NCBI RefSeq assembly: GCF_009914755.1
Contig: NC_060947.1
Source of the DNA: the human T2T-CHM13v2.0 reference genome, Homo sapiens
DNA: 64,000 bases
Reading direction: 5' to 3' (one strand)
Position numbers and translations under genes: made by a program. Positions 51,261 to 64,000 of the stretch are shown piece by piece; within the stretch, counting starts at the first letter, position 1, and each line of letters begins with the position of its first letter. The notes under the pieces were generated by a model. That model was not told the origin of the DNA and made no database searches. It worked only from the letters and a program-made list of their open reading frames with translations.

Positions 51261-52262
51261 ACTTCTTTTCATACTCTTGTTTTCCGTGGTCCCATATAGG
51301 CTTACAGATGGAGATGTGTTTCCTAGAAAACAAAAACAAAAACAAAACCCTAAGCATCAAAGGTACATACCTAATATAATAAGAGCCATCTATGAGAAAC
51401 CCACAGCCAACATCATATTGAACGGGCAAAAGCTGGAAGCATTCCCTTCGACAATCAGAACAAGACAAGGATGTCCACTATCACCAGTTCTCTTCAACAT
51501 AGTACCGGGAGTCCTAGCCAGACCAGTCAGGTAAGAGAAAGAAATAAAAGGCATCCATATAGGAAGAGAGGAAGTCAAAGTATTCCTGTTTGCAGATAAT
51601 GTCATTCTATACCTGGAAATTTCCATAGGTTCTGCCCAAAGACTTCTGGACCTGATAAACAATTTCAGCAAAATTTCAGGATACAAAATCAATATACAAA
51701 CATCAGTAACATTTCTATACACCAATAACATTCAAGCTGAAAGCCAAATAAAGAACACAATCCTATTCACAATAGCCACAAAGAGAATGAAATATCTAGG
51801 AACACAGCAACCCAGGGAGGTAAAATATGTCTACTATGAGAATTACAAAACACTGCTGAAAGAAATCAGAGACAACACAAACATATGAAAAAATCAATTC
51901 ATGTCCCTGGATAGGAAGAATCAATTTTTCTAAAATGGACATACTGCCCAAAGCTATTTACAGATTTAATGCTATTCCTATGAAACTAACAATGACATTT
52001 TAAAACAGAATTAGAAAAACAAAATAATTCATTTGGATCCCCAAAAGAGCCCAAATAGCCAAAGCAATCCTAAGCCAAAAGAATAAAGCCAGAGGCATCG
52101 TATTACTCAACTTCAAACAATACTACAAGATTACAGTAACTAAAACAGCATAGCACTGGTTTAAGAACAGACACATAGACCAATGGAATCGCTTAGAGAA
52201 CACAGAATTAAAGCTTCATACCTACAACCATCTGTTGGCAAGACCAACAAAAGCAAGCAATG

Positions 52263-52349
52263 AAATACAAAAATTAGCTGGGCATGGTTACGTGTGCCTG
52301 TAGTCCCAGCTAATCTGAGGCTGAGGTGGGAGGATTGCTTGAGCCTGAG
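52263..52349 (+). mobile_element. Internal AluJ fragment without tail or TSD
   Basis: aaatacaaaaattagctgggcatgg...ggtgggaggattgcttgagcctg. Confidence 0.85.
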
Positions 52350-53714
52350 AAACTGGACCCCTACCTTTCACCAAATACAAAAATCAACTCAAGATGGATT
52401 CAAGATACATATAAAACCTAAAACCTAGAAGAAAATCTAAAAAATACTATTTTGGACATTGGCCTAGGCAAAGACTTCATGACAAAGACACCAAAACAAT
52501 TGAAACAAAAGGAATGCTTATAAACTGCTGGAGAGAATGTAAATTAGTTCAGCCACTATGGAAAGCATTTTGGAGATTTCTCAGTGAACTTAAAGTAGAA
52601 GTACCATTCAACCCAGCAATCCCATTACTGGCATATACCCAAAGAAATATAATTATTCTACCATAAAGACACATGCATGTGTATGTTCATTGAACCACTA
52701 TTCACAATAGTAAAGACACGTAATTAACATAGATGCCCATCAATGGTAGACAGGATAAAGAAAATGTGGTACATATACACCATGGAATACTATGCAGCTA
52801 AAAAAATGATATCATGTCCTTTGCAGCAGCATGGATGGAGCCAGAGGCCACAATCTTAAGTGAGTTATCACAGGTATAGAAAAACAAATACCACCTGTTC
52901 TCACTTATAATTGGGAAGTAAACATTGAGTACACATGCACACAGTAAGGGAACAATAGACACCAGGACCTCTTTGAGGGTGAAGTGTGGGAAGTGCGTGA
53001 GGAGTTATGCTGATTACCTGGGTAACAAAACTGCTTGTATACTAAACCACTGCAACACACAATTTACCTCTGTAACAAACCTGTATATGTATTCCTTGAA
53101 ACTAAAATAAAAGTTCAAAAGAATAACACAAAATAACATAGCTATGAAGTGTATAGACATACACAGAAACATTTAAAAGTGTAAAGTAACACAGCCAATT
53201 AAATATGGAGAAAAATATAACCTTGCTTCATTATAATTATTATTTGTATACATTGAAAGAATTTTGTTGATAGATGCCTCAACCTTTTAAAAATCTTCCC
53301 AAAACTCTCAACAATTAATATTTTCTTTTGTTTTCTTTAGCATTCAAATTTTTAATACAGAAAAATAATAAAATGGAAAATTTCTCATGATATTATCTTG
53401 AATACATAGCAGAGTATACATTTTTATGAGTACAATTAGCAATAAAAAACCCTAACCATTGAATAGATAATAAAATAAATTTTTTAGAATAGGTATAATT
53501 TTGTTTGTTCAAACATTTTTAATTTTTATGTATTCAAATATCTATTTTGCATTTTTCTAGCATATGCACAGTAATTGGTCCCCAACCAAATGTTGCCTTT
53601 GCATAAAATTGCAGCATATGTATATTTCTACTATACCCAAACAGGAAAAAGAATTTAAAGGAATAAATTTGGAAACCATACTGTAAATAAATTTTTAAAA
53701 ACTCAACTTTTTGT

Positions 53715-56538
<2,824 letters not shown>

Positions 56539-56641
56539 GATCACAGCTCACTGGAACCTCAAACTCCTTGGCTCAAGTAATCCTCCTGTCTTGGCCTCCC
56601 AACATGCTGAGATTGCAGGTGGGAGCCACCATGCCAGGCCC
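56539..56641 (-). mobile_element. FLAM/AluJ monomer fragment
   Basis: cacagctcactggaacctcaaactccttggctcaagtaatcctcctgtcttggcctccc. Confidence 0.8.
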
Positions 56642-56649
56642 AACTTGTG

Positions 56650-57050
56650 TTTTTAAGAATCATTGTGACTGCCTTATAGAGAATGGAGTCTAGAATGGCA
56701 GGAGTGGAAGCAGATTGACTATTTAGTAGAGTATTAAAATTGTTTAATTGATTCTAGCGTGGACTATGGAGATAATGGAGATGGTTAAAAGAGGTCAGAT
56801 TAGGGAACATTTTGAATTACTATTACTATTTCTAGATTACTATTTCTAGAACCTTGGCTGTGCAGATAATTACGGAAATAGGATAAAAGTTAGAGGGGTA
56901 TTCAAGGTCAGTGGAGGGTTGTTAATAATTGATAACAATTTGAATATATTTGTAGCCTGAAGAGAAAGAGCCAATAAAGAGAAAGATGTTGAAGATCAGA
57001 AAAGAGTAAATACACTTGATAGAGAAAATCATTAGAGGATGTCATAAGGA
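56650..57050 (-). mobile_element. L2 LINE fragment
   Basis: Purine-rich reverse L2-like sequence (aagaatcattgtgactgcc...ggagtggaagcag). Confidence 0.55.
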
Positions 57051-57822
57051 CATGGGACACAGAGCACATGTGAATGAATTAGCTTTGATAAGAAGGAAGC
57101 ATATTATATTTTATAAAATGGTGAAAAAATAAAAGGATAGGTAGAAAATATTGCTATGTTTGTAGATGGTAAACAAAGAAGATGAAGAAATTCATACCTA
57201 AATACCTTTATTTTCTTCATAGTGGTGCAAATGGGCACTAGAGGCAGAGACAGCTTCATGGGATAGTGACCTATACAGTCACATAGGGCCTCACACTTAG
57301 AAGGGGATCCTGCATTTGGGGTTTTATGCTCTGTGGCTGCCTTCTGGAAATTCCTTCTAAAAAAAGCTTGTTTTATTTTTAAATTAACATTTTATAATTA
57401 TACATATTTATAAGGTATAACTTGATATTTAGATACATATTTGTATCATATAATTGAATTATTAATAATTTTACCTTTGCATTTCTAAGTAAAGTCCACT
57501 GGGAAAGTGGATCATGTGCTGGGATTTGGAGCATTGGCTCAGGTGTTCCTCAGCTTACCCAAGGTTTCAACTCCTACTGCCTCCCTGCTTCTTCAGGATT
57601 GATTTTTTGCTGCCATTGCCCTTCCCACACACAGTTTCTGCTGCCACCCTGCATCCCTGAAAGAGGCTTGGGCATGGACATGATGAAGATCAGAGACAGG
57701 TGTGCATGTCCCATTTACTGAGTCATGGGATAAGGCCTAATTGTGAGTTTCTGCCTTTGTCTCATGAGTATCTCTACACCTGAGGGAGTAGAGTTTTATA
57801 TTGTTATTAGAAAAGCATTATA

Positions 57823-60082
57823 TCAAAAAATATCTTTGCCTAGACCAATGGAAAGAAGCTTTTTCCTTATGCTTCCTTCTAATAGTTTTAAAGTTTCAGG
57901 TTTTATTTTAAGTCTTTAATCCATTTGAATTGATTTTTGCATATGGTGTAATATAAGGGTCCATTTTCATTCTTCTGCATGTAGATATCCAATTTTCACA
58001 ATAACGTTTATTGAAGAGATTGTTCTCTCCCCATTGTGTGTTCTTGATGCCTTGGTGAAAGATCAGTTGACCTTAAATGTGTGAATTTATTTTTGGGCTC
58101 TCTATTCTCTTCCACTGGTCTATATGTCTCTTTTTGTTCCATGCTCTTTCAGTTACTATGCTTTCTAATAGATTTTGAGATCAAAAGCACAGTCAACAAA
58201 ATTAAAAATAGATAAATGGGATTGCATTAAAATGGAAATCTTCTGCACAGCAGATAATCAACAGAGTGAAGAGAAAACCTATGGGATGGGAGAAAATACT
58301 GGCAAACCAAACATCTGATAAGGGTTTAATATCCAAAATATATAATGAACTCAAACTACTCAATAGCAAGAAAACAAACAGCCCAGTCAAAAATGGGTGA
58401 AGAAACTGAGTAGACTTTCCTCAAAAGAAGACATACAGATAATCAGAAGGTATATATGAAAAAATGCTCAACATCATTAATTATCAGGATAATGCCAATT
58501 AAATCAACAATGAGCTATTACCTCACTCCAATTAGAATGGCTATTATCAAAAGGAGACAAAACATAACTGTCAACGAAGTTAAACTCTGTAAAATATTTG
58601 AAGAGATTCAATCTAAGCCAAATATGAGTGACCATGGCCCATGACGCTGTCCTCAGGAGGTCCTGAGAACATGTGCCCAAGACAATTGGGGTGCAACTTG
58701 GTTTTATACATTTTAGGGAGACATGAGACATCAATCAAACACATTAAGAAATATTTTAGCTTAGTCCAGAAAGGCAAGACAATTCAAAGTGGAGGGCGGG
58801 CTTCCAGGCTATAGGTAAATTTAAACATTTTCCAATTGACAATTGGTTGAGTTTGTCTAAAGACCTGGGATTAATAGAGAGGAAATGTTCAGGTTAAGAT
58901 AGATTGTGAAGACCATGGTTCTTTTGAAGTCTCATAGTGGCTGCCCTTAGAGACAATAGATGACAAAAGTTTCCTATTCAGACCTTTAAAAGGTGCTAGA
59001 CTCTCAGTTAATCTCTTCAGGATTGGGAGGTCCTGGAAGAAAAAGATTTAGCTGTGTTAATAGAGATTCTTTACAGATGCAAATTTTCCCCCACAAAGGA
59101 TGACTTTAAAGGGCCATTTCAAAATATGGCAAATAAACATATTATAGGATAAAATATTTTTATTTTTCTTCTTTGTCACGTAATGTTATGCCAGAGTCAG
59201 GCTGGAAAGTAAGTTACAATATATAGAGTTAAATAAAACCCATCTGATGAGCATTTATGATTTTTAGGGCATGACTCCCCAGACCCCTTAGATATTTCGG
59301 CAACATAAGAGAAAATCAGAGCTTAGTCCTCATAACAAATGTTGGCAAAAATGTGGAGAAATGGAAATGCCTGTACACTGCTTGTGGAGAGGTACATTGG
59401 TACAGTCATTATGGAAAACAGTATGGAGGGTCCTCAAATTAAAAATAGAACTTTTTCAAAATACTGCCTCTGGGTATATATCCAAATGAAATGAAATCAG
59501 CATCTTAAGCAGGTATCTGCACTCCCATGTTTGTTGCAGCATTACTTACAATAAGTGTCCATCAATGAATGAAGGGACAAAGGAAATGTGGTACATATAC
59601 ACAATGGAATAATATTCATCCATAAAAAAAGAAATTCTGTCATTTGAGACAACATAGATGAACCTGGAGGACATTATTATAAGTGAAATAAGCTGGTCAC
59701 AAAGACAAACATTTCATGATCTCATGTATATGTTGAATTAAGAAATTCAAATTCACAGAAGCAGAAAGTAAATGGTGGTGGCTAGGAGCTGGGGGTGGAG
59801 GGATTGGAGAGATGTTGGTCAAAGGATGCAACATTTCAATTACACAAGGGGAATAAGTTCAGGAGACCTACTGTATAACATGATAACTGTAGTTAATAAC
59901 AATGTATCACTTACTTGAAAATTACTAAGAGTATATTTTAAATGTTCTCAATACACACAAAAAAATAAGTATATGAAGTAATAAATGTGTTAGTTAGCTT
60001 AATTTAGCCACTCCACAATATATGTGCATATAGCATGTTTTCCAATATAAATATATACAATTCTATTTCTCAATTAAAAAAT
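57823..60082 (+). mobile_element. L1MA7/8-like LINE with 5' inversion (minus 57823-58180, plus 58181-58568 and 59333-60082)
   Basis: Strand switch at ~58181; L1MA-type 3' UTR gagatgttggtcaaagga...gaataagttcaggagacc. Confidence 0.82.
58569..59332 (-). mobile_element. ERV1 solo LTR (MER4E-like)
   Basis: TG...CA ends, exact 4-bp TSD taac at 58565 and 59333, 764 bp; aaactctgtaaaatatttgaagagatt and aatcagagcttagtcctca termini. Confidence 0.88.
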
Positions 60083-60146
60083 ACAGAAGACAAAGAAAGA
60101 ACATCACATTTAGACAGAGACTGCAGAAGGAAACACATGCTTTTTA

Positions 60147-60149
60147 ATT

Positions 60150-60180
<31 letters not shown>

Positions 60181-60183
60181 TTT
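60147..60183. repeat. (TTTA)n microsatellite
   Basis: Read directly. Confidence 0.9.
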
Positions 60184-61217
60184 TTTCTTTTCGAACAAGA
60201 GGCCCTGCGTTTTCATTTTATGCTGAGCCCTGTAAATTATGTAGTGGAGCTTGATTAAGCCCCCTGAGGAGGACAGTAAAGCTTTAGAATAATGCCTCAG
60301 GAAAATGGGTGATGGAGTATGTAATAGGACCTCTTAACACTGTTCATGAACTTGGATTGACATTAATTTATATTGTTATAGGTCATCTGTCTAGAAACAT
60401 TTAGTATCGATTTATCTGTTACTGGTGATTTCAGAACAAGTGTAATAGAAATGCAATAATGAAATCAAGAAAGCAGTCTTTATGTGATTAACAGGCTTTT
60501 TAATGGAAGAGCCACTAAGGAATGATTCTTTGAAAGCATTAACCCTAACACAAAGAGAGTCCTCAAATTTCTGTAGTATTCATGCAGAAAATATTTAGCA
60601 TTTAGCTTTTCAAGGCTATTTGGACACTTCGTTATCTCTGTATCAACTGTCCCCAATTACAGTGAAATGGAGGATGTAGATTTTTTTTTTGTCTTTTGTG
60701 ATTGTTCAGACATTATTAGTGATTTTGCATTAGGCATAGTTTAAAATTTGAAAAAACAGCATTTCATAGTAAATTTCAGTCTCATTCTCAAAGACCCAAG
60801 GTAGAAGTTCAATCAGCTTTATATCAGAAAGTTCCCGGTTTCAGAAACTCAATGACTCATTTGAAACATTTATTTTTCTTTTAATCTCCACTAAGATCAC
60901 AAACATTTTTTGCTTGACTGAAGCAGCAGCATTTTGAGAGGATTTCAGTATAAACATTAATTTAGGTCTTGCAAGCTAACATCAGCCTTTGCCTTTTGTT
61001 TCAGGCCATGCATTGTTTTCATTTCACCCATAATCCCTTTAGATTGGAGAAGGTAGGGGTATAAAGTGTAATTTCTCAGTAATGTTAGTCTGAGCTACAT
61101 TATTAAGCAGTTGGCTGTTTGGCCAGCAATGTGTTCAGTGATCTGCTTGATTTTCTGTGCACATATGCCTTCTTTCTTTCTTTTCTATGGCATTAGTTTC
61201 TATGATTCAAGACTAAA

Positions 61218-62635
61218 AACACTACAGGGTGAGAGTAACCAAACAAGGATGGTACCCGTACAAAAACAGGCACATAGGCCACTGGAACAGAAAAGAGAGC
61301 CCAGGAATAAGGCTGCACAGCTATGACCATCTGATCTTCAACAAAGCTGGCAAAAGCAATGGGGAAAGGACTCCTTGTTCAGTAAATGGTGCAGGGATAA
61401 CTGACTAGCCATATGTGGAAGATTGAAAGTGGACCCCTTCCTTGCATCATATAAAAAAATCAACTCAAGCTGGATTAAAGACTTAAATGTAAAACCCAAA
61501 ACTGTGAAAACCCTGGAAGACAATGAAGGCAATACCATCCTGAACATAGGAACTGGTGAAGTTTTCATGACGAAGACACCAAAAGCAATTACAATAAAAG
61601 CACAAATGGACAAATGGGACCTAATTAAACTTAAGAGCTTCTGCACAGCAAAAGAAACTATCAACAGAGTAAACAGACAACCTATAGAATGCAGAAAATA
61701 TTTGCAAACTATACATATGATGAAGGCCTAATATCCAGCATCTACAAGGAACTTAAACAAATTTACAAGAGAAAAACAAACAACCCCATTAAAAAGTGGG
61801 CAAAGGACATGAATAGATACTTTTCAGAAGAAGTCATACATGTAACCAATGAGCACATGAAGAAAACATCAATATCACAGATCATTAGATAACTGCAAAT
61901 CAAAACCCCAATGAGATACCATCTCACCTTACACTAGTCAGAATGGCTATTATTAAAAAGTCAAAAATAGCAGATGCTGGCAAGGTTGTGGAGAAAAGGG
62001 AACACTTATGCACTGTTGGTAGGAGTATAAATTAGTTCAACCATTGTAATTAGCATGGTGACTCCTCAAAAAGCTAAAAAGCAGAACTACCATTCCCCCC
62101 AGGAATCTGTTTAGGAGATACATATGCAGAGGGATATAAATAATTCTTCCATAAAAACACATGCACATGAATATTCATTGCAGTACTATTCACAATAGCA
62201 AAGATATGGACTCAACCTAAATGCTCATCAATGATAGACTACCTAAAGAAAATGTGGTACATACACACCATGGAATACTATGCAGCCATAAAAACAATGA
62301 GACCATGACTTTGGCAGGAACATGGATGGAGTTGGAGGCAATTATCCTTAGAAAACTTACGCAGGAACAGAAAAACCAAATACTGCATCTTCTCACTTGT
62401 AAGTGGGAGCTAAATGATGAGAACTCAGGAACACAAAGAAGTGAACAACAGACCTTGGGGCCTACATGAGGGTGGAGGTTGGGAGGAGAGAGAGGATTAG
62501 AAAAAAATAACTACTGGGTACTAGGTTTAGTACCTGGGTGATGAAATAATTTGTACAACAAATCCCTGTGACATGAGTTTACCTATATTATAAACCTGCA
62601 CATGTACCTTCAAAACTAAAAGTTTAAAAAGTTTA
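61218..62635 (+). mobile_element. 5'-truncated L1PA (PA13-15-like)
   Basis: [26 protein letters not shown] and L1PA 3' UTR ending aaacctgcacatgtacc...aaaactaaaagttt. Confidence 0.88.
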
Positions 62636-63934
62636 ATAATATATTCCTAAACAATGTATTATCTACTTTTGTCTTTTAAAACATTTATAAAAATGAAGAA
62701 AAGACTAGAAACATTATCAAATGGGAAGTGTTTAGCACCTCTGAGAAGCAATTTGTTGATCTCACATAAGTTGTTTGAGAATAGGCCTGCATCTGAAAAA
62801 TATGACATTTTCTAAGGAGAAAAATAGTTGGAAAGTCAGATAAGTGGAGTATTCACTTCTTTAAGCTACTCTTTGTATCAATATGTAATTCATAAATGAA
62901 GCAATGTAGTAAGTTTGTCCCAAATTTGGGGTCTTTGATCTCAGCCGTCTACCAACTGCAGGTTCATCTCTTTCTCCTGCTTTTGGACAAATAAGTGGAG
63001 CTGCAACATCAGACACAAGGAATTCAACATCAAGGCAAATTTGATTCTAGTTTTTTTCAAACTTTTTATCTCAGGTCAGGTAACTGAGTCTCTACCTTGT
63101 CATTGAAACTTTTCTGTACTGATAAGTTACAAAGTCATGAAGAGATGGGGATCCTGCCTTTTTCTTGCTAGTTCTGACCCCAAATGTCATTCCTATAACT
63201 AAGGCCTTATTACCAGCTACCAGACTTTCCTTGGTGCAGCCTGCCATTTTAGATCTCTGAACTGTGTTCCTAAATTGTCCATGGTTCTGCTTTGTACACT
63301 TGTTGAGAGACAATTTTATTTTTCGTTGCCGTCACTGTGTCAACAGCTTATGTATACCATGTGGCTGTTATATTGCCTTGAAACCCGTATCTGTTTTTGG
63401 CCTGGCAGGCTCTATTCCCATAACTTGACACTTAGTTCCCCCAGAATTTGCAGCACCCCAAATGTGTCCTACTTTTGTTAATCCTTTGGCTCCTAATTCT
63501 GTTGCAGGAAAAGACAAAATGTCACGCAGGAGCGTAATAAAAAAGTGCACATTCAGACCATTTGAACTTGTAAGACATAAGAAGGCCCTAGCTTTTTCAC
63601 TGAGAAGATGGTCATAATGTGAAGATAGAGAAAAATCCATAGTATGATAAAGGTAGACAAAAGGAATTTTTCAAGTTTAGAGGTAGAAGAGTAAGATAGT
63701 TACACATATTTCGGTCAGTTGGAACTCAACAGAAAACAATCAGAAATACCTTAAATAAAAAAGGGAGAAGTTGTTTTAAAGAATTACCCCATGGAACTCG
63801 AGTATAAATGCAATTCGTCTTGTGGGAGAGACTTTATTGTCGTCTCTCACATTTGTTTCTATTGACACATCTGCTTCACTCTCTGAAGATAAGTTTTCTT
63901 AGCTTTTAAGGTGATGCAATACAGAATATGATCT

Positions 63935-64000
63935 TTTAAAAACAAACATATACTTGACTATGTAACTCCCTGCTTCAAAACCCTCCAATGGATTCTAACT
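63935..64000 (+). mobile_element. L2 fragment running off the window end
   Basis: atgtaactccctgcttcaaaaccctccaatgg is a typical L2 3' motif. Confidence 0.6.

Larger units (their letters stand above)
49171..53120 (+). mobile_element. Older L1PA (PA15/16-like) host LINE: 49171-49349 and 51350-53120
   Basis: RT region collinear across the 49350-51349 insert; [27 protein letters not shown]; 3' UTR ending gaaactaaaataaaagtt; internal deletion near 52510. Confidence 0.82.
57245..60253 (+). mobile_element. MER45B/C-like hAT DNA transposon (57245-57820 and ~60085-60253), split by L1 and LTR insertions
   Basis: 5' end cagagacagcttcatgggatagtgacctatacagtcacatagggcc and 3' end gaacaagaggccctgcgttttcattttatgctgagccctgtaaattatgtag match MER45 termini. 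Confidence 0.75.

Noticed and set aside
62880-63640. Non-repetitive-looking stretch with 68-90 aa ORFs, possible processed pseudogene or exon
   Set aside because: No recognisable protein similarity, poly(A)/TSD or convincing splice pair; a BLAST search would be needed.

Overview
Human (primate) genomic DNA containing the complete AGTR2 gene (angiotensin II type 2 receptor, X-linked) on the + strand at about 4333-8560. It has a TATA box, two short non-coding exons, one coding exon (363 aa class A GPCR) and a long AU-rich 3' UTR. From about 11.9 kb to the end the window is almost entirely nested transposable elements. An MLT1A-type MaLR LTR, split by a complete THE1 element, runs directly into an ERV-L gag-pro-RT remnant. 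That remnant is split by a ~14 kb L1-in-L1 nest (including a consensus-like AluYb9), an AluS and an apparent L1-mobilised retrocopy of an older MLT1 LTR transcript. Beyond it lie many L1PA/PB/MA/MB/ME pieces, Alus, a MER4-type solo LTR and hAT/mariner DNA-transposon relics. I see no second protein-coding gene, RNA gene or CRISPR array, and no clearly new biological system. The best leads are the MaLR-LTR/ERV-L chimera, the retrocopied LTR transcript, and an exon-2-dependent uORF in AGTR2 next to a polymorphic branch-point region. Repeat subfamily names were assigned by eye from remembered consensus sequences and need RepeatMasker/Dfam confirmation; most repeat boundaries are approximate.
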